Shown here in pieces: positions 10,076 through 18,889 of a DNA stretch of 50,653 nt; the first letter of the stretch is position 1, and each line of letters starts with the position of its first letter. The notes beneath the pieces are model-generated. The model saw only the letters and a list, made by a program, of their open reading frames with translations. It was not told where the DNA came from and did no database searches. Source of the DNA: a virus (taxonomy: Duplodnaviria; Caudoviricetes); IMG/VR virus record IMGVR_UViG_3300032322_001385, positions 1-50,653 of that record. One strand, written 5' to 3'. The position numbers were made by a program, and so were the translations under genes.

Positions 10076-10738
10076 ATGCCACTCCAAAGGATTCCCGGCG
10101 CCATGGTGTCGGACTCGACGATTACCTCAGCCGACGTTCAAGACGGCACGCTGACCGGCGCTGATGTGCAAGACGGCAGCATCGGCACCGCCGATGTTCA
10201 AGACGGCTCGCTAACCGGCGGTGACGTTCAGGACGGCACCATCGCTCAAGTTGATCTGGCAGATGGCGCGGCATCGCCGCGACAAGGCACCAGCGTTAAC
10301 ACCACAAGCGGCACATCTCAGCCCTTCAACATTCCAGCCTGGGCAAACAGAATCACGATCAACCTGGCAGGCGTGTCGCTCAGCGGCACTGCGCTCCTGC
10401 GCTTCCAGCTGGGTACCAGCGGAGGGTTCGTCACCAGCGGCTACAGCGGCGCTGGATCGGTGTTCAGCTCCGGCGCCGCAACCGTCAACCAGACCGCCGG
10501 ATTCGACGTTTACACCAACGTCCCCGTCGCCACCTACACCTACACCGGCACGCTCACCCTGAACCGGCTGACTGGCAACACCTGGGTGGCCAGCGGCGTG
10601 TTCTCCGCATCGATCGGGTGGACCCACACGGTCGCCGGCTCAATCGCCCTGGCAGCCGCGCTCACCCAGGTGCGATTGTTCACCAGCAACGGCACTGACA
10701 CCTTCGACGCCGGTTCCATGAACGTGCAGTTCGAGTAA
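10076..10738 (+). CDS. Short tail-fibre-like protein with 10-aa DVQDG repeats
   Basis: DVQDGTLTGA-type repeats then a beta-rich C-terminal domain (NGTDTFDAGSMNVQFE). Confidence 0.65.
   Translation: MPLQRIPGAMVSDSTITSADVQDGTLTGADVQDGSIGTADVQDGSLTGGDVQDGTIAQVDLADGAASPRQGTSVNTTSGTSQPFNIPAWANRITINLAGVSLSGTALLRFQLGTSGGFVTSGYSGAGSVFSSGAATVNQTAGFDVYTNVPVATYTYTGTLTLNRLTGNTWVASGVFSASIGWTHTVAGSIALAAALTQVRLFTSNGTDTFDAGSMNVQFE
10132..10267 (+). repeat. Imperfect 30-bp coding tandem repeat (DVQDGxxxxx, about 4.5 copies)
   Basis: gacgttcaagacggc / gatgtgcaagacggc / gatgttcaagacggc / gacgttcaggacggc at 30-nt spacing. Confidence 0.85.
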
Positions 10739-10875
10739 TGGCAGTCCGTTCCAAGACCGGCGTCGCCCGCATTGACCACCAGCCCGGCCCGCCCAAGACC
10801 ACCAGGCAAGGCCAAGGCCAGCGTTCACGCCCCCGCCGCCGCGGCCGCAAAAAGCTGCGCGGTCAAGGCCGCTAG
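10738..10875 (+). CDS. 45-aa highly basic protein MAVRSKTGVARIDHQPGPPKTTRQGQGQRSRPRRRGRKKLRGQGR (not in the ORF track)
   Basis: ATG overlaps the upstream TAA (TAATG); fills the gap before the sheath gene. Confidence 0.75.
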   Translation: MAVRSKTGVARIDHQPGPPKTTRQGQGQRSRPRRRGRKKLRGQGR

Positions 10876-10905
10876 ACTCAACCCGACAGGAGGACTCTCC
10901 TACCC

Positions 10906-12321
10906 ATGACAACGACTTTTCTCCACGGCGTAGAGGTCCTCCAGATCGACACTGGGGCCCGGCCTATCCAGACCGTTCGATCATCCGTGATCGGCATCGT
11001 CGGCACCGCACCGGCCGCTGATCCGCTGGCGTTCCCTATCAACACCCCGGTGTTGGTGACCACCCGCTCTGAGTGGGCATCGCTCGGCGCGACCGGCACT
11101 CTGCCTGCCGCGCTCGATCTGATCTACGACCAGGCCGGCGCAGTTGTCGTCGTGATCCGCGTCACAGCAGGCGCCGACGACGAGGCGACCATCACCAACG
11201 TCGTCGGTGGCGTGAACCCCACCACCGGCGCCTATGAAGGCATCCACGACTTCCTCGCCGCTGAGAACATCGTCGGGTTCGCGCCTCGCGTTCTCATCGC
11301 TCCGGGCTTCACCCATCAGCGGCACACCAACGGCATCCTCTCGATCGCCGTCACCACCCAGGGCAGCGGCTACACCACTGCCCCTGCCGTCACGATCGCC
11401 GCCCCTGGTGCCGGTGGCGTTCAGGCCACAGCCGTGGCAGTGCTCGGTACCGGCGCCAACGCCGGCAAGGTGCTCAGCATCACCATCACTAACCCTGGCC
11501 AGGGTTACGCCACCAACCCGACCGTCACGATCGCAGCGCCCACCTCTGGCACGCAGGCCGTTGCCGGCACCGTCACCCGCGGCACCGTGCGCAACCGCGT
11601 GCTGGCGGAGCTGGTCGGCATCGCTCAGCGCCTCCGCGCCGTGATCATCGCCGATGGCCCCAACACCACCGACGCTGACGCGATCCAGCTGAAGAACGAC
11701 TTCGGCTCTGACCGCATCTACGTTGTCGATCCTTGGGTGATCTCCAACGGGGTAAGCATCCCCGCCTCATCCGCTGTCGCCGGCCTGATCAACAAGGTCG
11801 ACAATGAGCGCGGCTTCTGGTGGAGCCCCTCGAACAACGAGATCAATGGCATCCAGGGCACTGCCCGCGCCATCGACTTCGCCCTGGGCGACTACACCTC
11901 CCGCGCCAACCTGCTCAACGAGCAGAAGATCGCCACCATCATCCGCGAGCAAGGCTTCCGCCTCTGGGGCAACCGCACCCTCGCCACCGATCCGCTCTAC
12001 GCCTTCCTGTCAGTGCGGCGCACCGCTGACATGATCAACGAGTCGATCCTCCGCGGCCACCTCTGGGCCGTCGATCGCTGCATCACTGCCACCTACCTGG
12101 AGGAAGTGCAGGAGTCGGTGCGCGGTTATCTGCGCAGCCTCAAGGCCCGGGGCGCAATCCTCGGCGGTGATGTCTGGGTGGATCCCGAGCTCAACTCGCC
12201 CACCAGCATCGCCAATGGCCAGGTCTTCTTCGACTTCGAGTTCACACCGCCCTATCCCGCAGAGCGCGTGACCTTCCGCAGCCACCTGGTCAACTCCTAC
12301 GTTGTCGATCTCTTCCGTTGA
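10906..12321 (+). CDS. Contractile tail sheath protein (P2 FI-like)
   Basis: FLHGVEVLQI, GFWWSPSNNEING, GFRLWGNRTL, FLSVRRTADMI, FTPPYPAERVTF; AGGAGG RBS. Confidence 0.97.
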   Translation: MTTTFLHGVEVLQIDTGARPIQTVRSSVIGIVGTAPAADPLAFPINTPVLVTTRSEWASLGATGTLPAALDLIYDQAGAVVVVIRVTAGADDEATITNVVGGVNPTTGAYEGIHDFLAAENIVGFAPRVLIAPGFTHQRHTNGILSIAVTTQGSGYTTAPAVTIAAPGAGGVQATAVAVLGTGANAGKVLSITITNPGQGYATNPTVTIAAPTSGTQAVAGTVTRGTVRNRVLAELVGIAQRLRAVIIADGPNTTDADAIQLKNDFGSDRIYVVDPWVISNGVSIPASSAVAGLINKVDNERGFWWSPSNNEINGIQGTARAIDFALGDYTSRANLLNEQKIATIIREQGFRLWGNRTLATDPLYAFLSVRRTADMINESILRGHLWAVDRCITATYLEEVQESVRGYLRSLKARGAILGGDVWVDPELNSPTSIANGQVFFDFEFTPPYPAERVTFRSHLVNSYVVDLFR

Positions 12322-12332
12322 GGACCTGACCC

Positions 12333-12842
12333 ATGGCACAAATCCCCCGCGTTCTAAAGAACTTCAGCCTGTTCGTTGACGGTCGCGGCCTTGCCGGCAC
12401 CATCTCAACGCTGACCTTGCCCACCCTTACCACCAAGATGGAGGAGTTCCGTGGCGGCGGCATGGACGCCCCCGTGGACATCGACATGGGCATGGAGAAG
12501 CTGGAAACCAGCTTCGAACTGTTCGACTACGAGGAGAACGTCCTCAGCCTCTACGGCCTGGCCGATGGCGCCGCCACCCAGGTGACTGCCCGGGGTGCTC
12601 TCCGTCGTGATGGCGAAGCCGCTGTGCCGATGATCGTCAACATGACCGGCGTCATTAAGGAGATGGATCCCGGCGACTGGGCTGCCGGCGATCAGACCTC
12701 GATGACCTGCTCGATGTCGCTCCGCTACCTGAAGATCACGATCGGCGGCCGCGAGGTTGTCGAGATCGACAAGGTCAACATGATCCGCCGCATCAATGGC
12801 GCTGATCAGCTCGAGTCCATCCGCAACGCAATCGGAGTCTGA
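12333..12842 (+). CDS. Major tail tube protein (P2 FII-like)
   Basis: PRVLKNFSLFVDG, KMEEFRGGGMDAPVDIDMGMEKLE, EIDKVNMIRRING. Confidence 0.97.
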   Translation: MAQIPRVLKNFSLFVDGRGLAGTISTLTLPTLTTKMEEFRGGGMDAPVDIDMGMEKLETSFELFDYEENVLSLYGLADGAATQVTARGALRRDGEAAVPMIVNMTGVIKEMDPGDWAAGDQTSMTCSMSLRYLKITIGGREVVEIDKVNMIRRINGADQLESIRNAIGV

Positions 12843-12847
12843 TCTGA

Positions 12848-13123
12848 ATGGCTGGCAAGAACCTGCACCCGAACACCGCCAAGATCGACCTTGACTTCCC
12901 GATCACTGTGTCGGGCGTCGAGGTGTCTCACCTGATCATGCGCCGCCCCAAGGTGCGCGATGACCTGGCGGCATCCAAGTCTGGCGGCAGCGACGAGGAC
13001 AAGGCGGTGTTCCTGGTAGCCAACCTCTGCGAGGTGGCGCCTGAAGACTTGATGGATGTCGACGCTGCTGACTGGAGCAAGCTGGAGCGGCAGGTCCAAA
13101 CTTTCAGACAGGCCAGGTCCTAG
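12848..13123 (+). CDS. Tail assembly chaperone (gpE/gp41-like)
   Basis: LDFPITVSG...MRRPKVRD...LVANLCEV...MDVDAADW; between tube and tape measure. Confidence 0.9.
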   Translation: MAGKNLHPNTAKIDLDFPITVSGVEVSHLIMRRPKVRDDLAASKSGGSDEDKAVFLVANLCEVAPEDLMDVDAADWSKLERQVQTFRQARS

Positions 13124-13278
13124 AAGACCGGCTGAGGCAGGCGATCATCGTCCTGTCGAAGCTGACCAACTGGGGCCTGGCCGAAGTGCTCGACCTGGAG
13201 ACAGATGAGTTCTGGGCCTACTTCAAGCAAGCCCAGATCGTTCAGACTGAGATCAACAAGCAGGTGGCAAGCAAATGA
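13102..13278 (+). CDS. gpE'-like C-terminal extension read in the -1 frame (FQTGQVLEDRLRQAIIVLSKLTNWGLAEVLDLETDEFWAYFKQAQIVQTEINKQVASK)
   Basis: Open -1 frame with no ATG, ending in TGA that overlaps the tape measure ATG; W..AEV.DL...EFW resembles P2 GpE'. Confidence 0.75.
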   Translation, partial: FQTGQVLEDRLRQAIIVLSKLTNWGLAEVLDLETDEFWAYFKQAQIVQTEINKQVASK

Positions 13279-15266
13279 TCGGCGGCGGTGCGCAGAAGAT
13301 CACGGTTGAGATCGGCGGCAAGATTGCCGCCAGTCTCGGCGCGTCGCTCCGTTCCGCTCAGACTCAGGTCAGCAGCTTCGGGCGGAACGTTAACCGCAAG
13401 CTGAATGATGCGGCGATCGCTGGCCGCAAGGGCTTCAAGGGGATCTTCGACAATGCGCTCTGGCAGCAGGCCGCGGCCGGCGCTGCAGCGATCGGTGTCG
13501 GCATGGCGGCCAGCGTGCGCGTGGCGGCCACCTTCGAAGGCGTGCTGACGGAGATCGGCAAGACCGCCAACGCCAGCCAGGGTGAGCTAAAGACGCTGAG
13601 CGGCGAGATCCTCAAGCTCTCCAGCCGGAGCACCACCAACCTGGGCCCGGCCAAGCTGGCCGAGGGCATCCAAGACCTGGTTGCCCAGGGCCTGGAGTTG
13701 AAGGACGCAACCGCGTCGATCGAGACGCTCGGGCGAGTGGCGACCGCCACCGGGTCAGATCTGCTCGACGTGACCAAGACCGGCTTCCAGCTGCAGAACG
13801 CGCTGAAGATCCGTCCGACGGAGCTCAAGGCGACGTTCGATGCGCTGGCCTTCGCCGGCAAGCAGGGCGCCTTCGAGCTGCGGGACATGGCGCAGTTCAT
13901 GCCGACCATCGCTGCAGCTGCCGGCAGCCTGGGGATCCAGGGCCGCGAGGGTGCGGTGAGCCTGGCGGCGATGATGCAGATGGTGCGAAAGGATGCGCCT
14001 GACGCGGGCCAGGCCAGCACCAGGCTGACCGACGCAATGCTGAAGCTGACCGCGCCGGATGCGGTGAAGCGGTTCGCCAAGTTCGGCGTCAATATCGAGC
14101 AGGTGCTGAAGGACGCGCGGAAGAAGGGCGTCAACCCGATGGAGGCTGCACTGGATCAGCTGCAGCGCGTCACCGGCGGCGACGTGTTCAAGCTCTCGCA
14201 GATTTTCGGCGACAAGGAAGCCAAGTTGGCCCTGATGTCGCTGATGAAGTATCGGAAGGAGTACGAGAAGCTGAAGGGCGAAGCAGGCGGATCGGCCGCG
14301 GCCGGCACCGTCGACAAGGACTATGAGCGCTCGATCAAAACCTTTGCCGGCACGCTCGCGAGCTTCCAGAACTCATCGCAGCGGCTTGGCATCGCGGTCG
14401 GCAATGCACTCCTGCCACCCCTGACGCGGATGGCCGAGGTCATCACGCCGATTGTTGAAGGCATCGCCAACTGGGCAGCGGTCAACCCCGGCCTGGCCAA
14501 GAACATCGTCGCGATCGGCGCGGTCCTTTCCGGCCTAACCCTGGCGCTGCCCGTGATCGCTGGCGTGGTCGGCGCGATCGGCGTACTCGGGGGGCCTGTC
14601 ACGTGGACAATCCTCGGGATCGGCGCAGCGATCGCTTTGGTCGTCGCCAACTGGGGCACGATCAAAACCGCAGCAGCTGCAGCATTCCAAGGTGTGACCT
14701 CACTCTGGGGCAGCTTTACAACCTGGATCGGCAACGTCTTCAAGCAAGCGGTGGGCATCATCCGTCAGTGGGGGCCCAAGGTGCTCGGCGTGATGTTCCC
14801 GATCCCGGGGATGATTATCCGGATGTTCAGCGGCAGCAACATCGGGCAGCGGATCATCACCTCGATCATCGATGGCCTCAAGGCCAGGTTCGGCGCGCTG
14901 GTTGGCTGGGTCCGTGGCGCATGGAGCAACATCTCCGGCATCTTCGGCGGCACTGCGCCGGCCGCTTCTGCTACTGGTCAGCCGGCTACACCCCCCGGCC
15001 GCGCAGCTGGCGGCAAGGTCAACGCCGGCCAGCCCTACGTCGTCGGCGAGCGGCGCCGTGAGCTGTTCGTGCCCGGCATGGATGGAGCGATCATCCCCCG
15101 CATCGCCAGGCCCGCCACGGGCGGCGGCGGTGTCACTATCCACGCTCCCGTTACGATCCATGCAGGCGGCGGCGACGCAATGGCGATCCGCGATCAGGTG
15201 CGCATGGCCTTCGAGGATCTGATCGCTCGCGCCTACGGCGACTACCGGGTGGCGCTCAATGACTAA
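13275..15266 (+). CDS. Tail tape measure protein (TP901-type core)
   Basis: 663 aa, Ala/Gly-rich; AGKQGAFELRDMAQFMP core; hydrophobic segment; RAAGGKVNAGQPYVVGE C-terminus. Confidence 0.95.
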   Translation: MIGGGAQKITVEIGGKIAASLGASLRSAQTQVSSFGRNVNRKLNDAAIAGRKGFKGIFDNALWQQAAAGAAAIGVGMAASVRVAATFEGVLTEIGKTANASQGELKTLSGEILKLSSRSTTNLGPAKLAEGIQDLVAQGLELKDATASIETLGRVATATGSDLLDVTKTGFQLQNALKIRPTELKATFDALAFAGKQGAFELRDMAQFMPTIAAAAGSLGIQGREGAVSLAAMMQMVRKDAPDAGQASTRLTDAMLKLTAPDAVKRFAKFGVNIEQVLKDARKKGVNPMEAALDQLQRVTGGDVFKLSQIFGDKEAKLALMSLMKYRKEYEKLKGEAGGSAAAGTVDKDYERSIKTFAGTLASFQNSSQRLGIAVGNALLPPLTRMAEVITPIVEGIANWAAVNPGLAKNIVAIGAVLSGLTLALPVIAGVVGAIGVLGGPVTWTILGIGAAIALVVANWGTIKTAAAAAFQGVTSLWGSFTTWIGNVFKQAVGIIRQWGPKVLGVMFPIPGMIIRMFSGSNIGQRIITSIIDGLKARFGALVGWVRGAWSNISGIFGGTAPAASATGQPATPPGRAAGGKVNAGQPYVVGERRRELFVPGMDGAIIPRIARPATGGGGVTIHAPVTIHAGGGDAMAIRDQVRMAFEDLIARAYGDYRVALND

Positions 15267-16209
15267 GCCGCTCTTCCAGCTCGGCAGCTTCCAGTTCGAT
15301 CTGCCGAACGGCGTCCCGCAGACGCTCGACCGCACGGCCGAGTTCCGCTGGGAGAGCCAGGAGCGGCTGCTGCGCGATCCAGCGGTGCAGTTCCTCGGGC
15401 CCGGCAGCCAGGAGATCACCCTCGACGGCCAGCTGTTCCCCGGCTTCTCCGGCCGCCAGAGCACGATGGAGACGCTGCGCGAGCTCGCCACCCAGGGCCA
15501 GCCGCAGATGCTCACCGACGGCCTTGGCCGCGTCTACGGCAAGTGGGCGATCAGGCAGATCCGCGAGGGCCTCGGCACCTTCGCCCCTGGCGGCGGCGCC
15601 AGACAGATCGGCTTCAGCATCAGCCTGGTCCGCTACGTCGAGGACAACCCGGGCCAGTCCGCCAGCCCACTGGCGCTGGCGTTCAGTTCCGCACCAGACT
15701 TTGGCATCAGCTCAGCACTCTCTAGCGGATTTACCGGCATTGGTTCAGCATTCGATGTCGCAGCATGGGCAAAGACCAACCCGTTGGCAGTAACCGCGCA
15801 GAACGCTGGGTTCAGCCTGGGGCAACTCGGCGGCATCGCTCGATCAGTTGGTAACGGCAACTACGTGAGCGCTGCATTAGGAGCCTTCGGCATCGCTGGC
15901 CTTAACCTCAATCAGAGCAACGCATGGACGCAGCTCGGCATCGATACCGTTGGCATCCTCAGCAACATGGCCCAAGGCCGCGGCGCACCGACCATGGCAG
16001 TGCTGTTGGAGACGCTCCGGCCCGTGAGCTACCAGACCATGCAACAGCTGGCCGGCAGCGTCGGTGGTGCTGACGGCATTCAGAACCTGGCGCGTGATGC
16101 GGCAACCATCGTCACCATGCTGGACGTTGATCCATTCGTGACGGCTGACGTGCGGCAGGTGCTGCAGGGCGTCTCCGTGCTCAGCTCGTCCTATGCCGTG
16201 ACGCCATGA
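15259..16209 (+). CDS. P2 gpU-like tail protein with a ~185-aa C-terminal extension
   Basis: LFQLGSFQF...RW..QERL..PAVQFLGPG.QEITLDG..FP...LTDGLGRVYGKWAI gpU domain. Confidence 0.88.
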   Translation: MTKPLFQLGSFQFDLPNGVPQTLDRTAEFRWESQERLLRDPAVQFLGPGSQEITLDGQLFPGFSGRQSTMETLRELATQGQPQMLTDGLGRVYGKWAIRQIREGLGTFAPGGGARQIGFSISLVRYVEDNPGQSASPLALAFSSAPDFGISSALSSGFTGIGSAFDVAAWAKTNPLAVTAQNAGFSLGQLGGIARSVGNGNYVSAALGAFGIAGLNLNQSNAWTQLGIDTVGILSNMAQGRGAPTMAVLLETLRPVSYQTMQQLAGSVGGADGIQNLARDAATIVTMLDVDPFVTADVRQVLQGVSVLSSSYAVTP

Positions 16210-16451
16210 GCCAGCTCTACGTCACCCGCCAGTTCGACGAGCTCGATGAGATCTGCTGGCGCTACTACGGCCGCACGCAGCAGACCGTCGAGGCGGTGAT
16301 GCTGGCGAACCCCAACCTCGCCGAGCTCATGCCGATCCTGCCCGGCGGCGTGACGATCCTGCTGCCTGATCTGCCGGCGCCGAGCACCAGCGAGACGGTC
16401 CGCATCTGGGATCCGAGCCCGACCGCAACCCCTGGCACTGGAGCAGCATGA
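16206..16451 (+). CDS. Tail protein X (LysM-like)
   Basis: YVTRQFDELDEICWRYYG...VEAVMLANPNLA...LPGGVTILLPDL. Confidence 0.93.
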   Translation: MSQLYVTRQFDELDEICWRYYGRTQQTVEAVMLANPNLAELMPILPGGVTILLPDLPAPSTSETVRIWDPSPTATPGTGAA

Positions 16452-17842
16452 GCACGCCAGGCTTCAGGATCGAGGCGAACGGCGGCGACATCACCCAGCT
16501 GGTCGCGGATCGGCTCGTCAGCCTGCGCATCACCGACCAGGCGGGGCAGCAGAGCGACAGCCTCGAGATCACCCTCGACGACCGCGACAAGCGCATCCCC
16601 GTCGCCAACAGCGGCACCTGGATCCGCGTCTGGCTGGGCTACAGCACCGGCGGCCGCACGCCCGTCTACATGGGCGCCTTCGCCGTCGATGAGGTGGAGC
16701 TCAGCATGGGCTCGCGCTCGATGGTGATCAAGGCGACCGCGAGCAACACCGCGCCAACGCTGGTCAAGGAGCAGAAGACGAAGAGCTGGCACAACACCAC
16801 GCTCGGGCAGATCGTGCAGGAGATCGCCCAGCGCAACAACCTCACCACGGTCCTCAAGGGCAACTTAGCCAGCACGCAGATCAAGCACGAGGACCAAACC
16901 AACGAGAGCGACCAGAGCTTCCTCACCCGCCTGGCCGAGAAGTACCGCGCGACCATCAAGCCCGCCGACGGGCGCCTGGTGGTGGTGCCCCGGGGCAGCA
17001 ATGACAACGCCGGCAACGTCACCATCAAGCAGGAGGAGGTCACCAGCTGGCGCGCGACGCTGAAGAACCGTGGCGCCTATGGCGCGGTGAAAGCGAAGTG
17101 GCTCGATCGATCCGTCAACAAGGAGAAGGTCTACACCGCTGGCGAGTCGGGCGGCTCGCTGCCGGCCTTCGAGGAGAAACAGCTGTTCAAGACCCAGGCC
17201 GAGGCGCAGAAGGCGGCCGACAGCCGGCTGCAGTCGCTGCGCGCGGGCGAGGTGCGCATCAGCCTGCAGATGCCAGGATGGCCGGATGTGAACGCCGAGG
17301 GCCTGGTGACGCTCACCGGCTTCCGCGAATATGTCGACGGCACCTGGAACGTGAAGACCGTCACGCACGACCTCACCGGCTCCGGCTATGTGACGACCGT
17401 CGACTGCGGCACGCAGGGCGAAGAGAGCAGCGACTGGAGCACCGGCCGCGACAGCCAGGGCCGCTTAATTGCAGGCGGCACAAAGGGCGTGATCGCGCGC
17501 ACCGGCAGCAGCGGCGACAGCACCGGACCACACCTAGATGCACGGTGGGCAGACAAGCGACGTATCACCGCAGCTGATGCCGATCGATACCTGCGCATCA
17601 ATGGCAGGGCCCCCAGTTCCTTCGGCGTCACCAGCGGTTACGGGCCCCGCAATTTGTTTGGCCGCACCTTCCACTACGGCATTGACTTCGGCACTCCAGC
17701 AGGTTCATCTATCACCCTGATCAACGGCGCGACCTATACCAGCAATCTTGGATACACCGGCGCCGGCGGCTATGCCGTTCAGATCAATACCCCCGAAGGA
17801 CCTATGCGGCTACTGCACCTGCAGGCAGGGTCCGCCAAGTGA
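16448..17842 (+). CDS. Baseplate hub/late control protein D fused to a circularly permuted M23 peptidase-like domain
   Basis: gpD motifs SLRITDQAGQQSDSLEITLDD and DQTNESDQSFLTRLA; C-terminus has TGSSGDSTGPHLD before TSGYGPR...HYGIDFG...LLHL. Confidence 0.9.
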   Translation: MSTPGFRIEANGGDITQLVADRLVSLRITDQAGQQSDSLEITLDDRDKRIPVANSGTWIRVWLGYSTGGRTPVYMGAFAVDEVELSMGSRSMVIKATASNTAPTLVKEQKTKSWHNTTLGQIVQEIAQRNNLTTVLKGNLASTQIKHEDQTNESDQSFLTRLAEKYRATIKPADGRLVVVPRGSNDNAGNVTIKQEEVTSWRATLKNRGAYGAVKAKWLDRSVNKEKVYTAGESGGSLPAFEEKQLFKTQAEAQKAADSRLQSLRAGEVRISLQMPGWPDVNAEGLVTLTGFREYVDGTWNVKTVTHDLTGSGYVTTVDCGTQGEESSDWSTGRDSQGRLIAGGTKGVIARTGSSGDSTGPHLDARWADKRRITAADADRYLRINGRAPSSFGVTSGYGPRNLFGRTFHYGIDFGTPAGSSITLINGATYTSNLGYTGAGGYAVQINTPEGPMRLLHLQAGSAK

Positions 17843-17893
17843 ATGCTTTGCATTTGCAGTTGAACTGCAGCTAAACTGCAGTTTGCGGAAGCC

Positions 17894-18181
17894 TTGCATG
17901 TGGCAGATCCAAGTGGCGGCAATACTGGCTGGAAAGGCCGACTTGGTGATCTGTCGGTCGAATTGATTGCTGTCGGCACTATCGCATTGGTCGGCACCTG
18001 CATCCGGGTGTGGGCTGGAATGGATGTAATCCAAACGCAGATCAACAACCTAGTTAAGAACGACAACCAGCAGGACACACGGATCGAGACTGTACGAGGC
18101 GAGGTAAACAACCTAAGGATTCAGGTTGGCATCATCCGTGCTCAAATGGGCTCAGGTCCATCGGGATATGGCCGGCCATGA
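17894..18181 (+). CDS. Single-TM plus coiled-coil membrane protein, possible holin/antiholin (start uncertain)
   Basis: Hydrophobic LIAVGTIALVGTCIRVWAG then heptad-like region; coupled to the downstream peptidase. Confidence 0.5.
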   Translation: MHVADPSGGNTGWKGRLGDLSVELIAVGTIALVGTCIRVWAGMDVIQTQINNLVKNDNQQDTRIETVRGEVNNLRIQVGIIRAQMGSGPSGYGRP

Positions 18182-18879
18182 TTAATGACCTGATCCCTTA
18201 CTTCCAGCACTGGAAGGATCTGCCGCATCAACGTGCCGCCATCACGCAGCTGTGGCAGGCAGTACCTGAGAGCCTGAAGCAACCTGAAAGCAACTGGGTG
18301 CAGACCTGGAAAGCAGCCGGGAAACAAGAGCAGCCGCGCACGCTGAGCAACCCAATCCAGGTGCGCTATTTCAGCCAGCGCGACAGCAGCACTGAGCACG
18401 CGCTTCGGATGTGCTTCAGCAGCTCCTGCGCCATGCTGCTCGAAACGCTCAAGCCTGGGACGTTGGCCGGGCCCAACGGCGACGATGCCTACCTGGGCCG
18501 CGTGCTGCGCTACGGCGACACCACTGAGGCGACGAGCCAGATCAAGGCGCTGCAGAGCTACGGCGTCGAAGCGCACATGGTGCGCAACGCCAGCTGGAAG
18601 ACGATCGAAAGCCAGATCGACCAGGGCATCCCGGTGCCGATCGGCATCCTTCACAAGGGCCCCGTTGGCGCACCGACTGGCGGCGGCCACTGGATCTGCG
18701 CCATCGGCTACACCGACGACGCGATCATCGTCCACGATCCTTTCGGCGACCTGGATCTGCTCACCGGCCGCTACGTCAACAACTGGGGCGCCCGGCTGCG
18801 CTACTCCCGCCGCAACCTCGGCCCGCGGTGGATGGTTGAAGGGCCCGCAACCGGCTGGGCCATAGTGGCCGAACCCTGA
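18178..18879 (+). CDS. C39-like cysteine peptidase, putative endolysin
   Basis: VRYFSQRD...RMCFSSSCAMLL (Cys), GGGHWICAIGY (His), IVHDPFG (Asp). Confidence 0.85.
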   Translation: MINDLIPYFQHWKDLPHQRAAITQLWQAVPESLKQPESNWVQTWKAAGKQEQPRTLSNPIQVRYFSQRDSSTEHALRMCFSSSCAMLLETLKPGTLAGPNGDDAYLGRVLRYGDTTEATSQIKALQSYGVEAHMVRNASWKTIESQIDQGIPVPIGILHKGPVGAPTGGGHWICAIGYTDDAIIVHDPFGDLDLLTGRYVNNWGARLRYSRRNLGPRWMVEGPATGWAIVAEP

Positions 18880-18889
18880 GAACACATCC

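Noticed and set aside
8067-10738. Diversity-generating retroelement or invertible tail-fibre cassette
   Set aside because: I saw no reverse transcriptase, no TR/VR repeat pair and no serine invertase.
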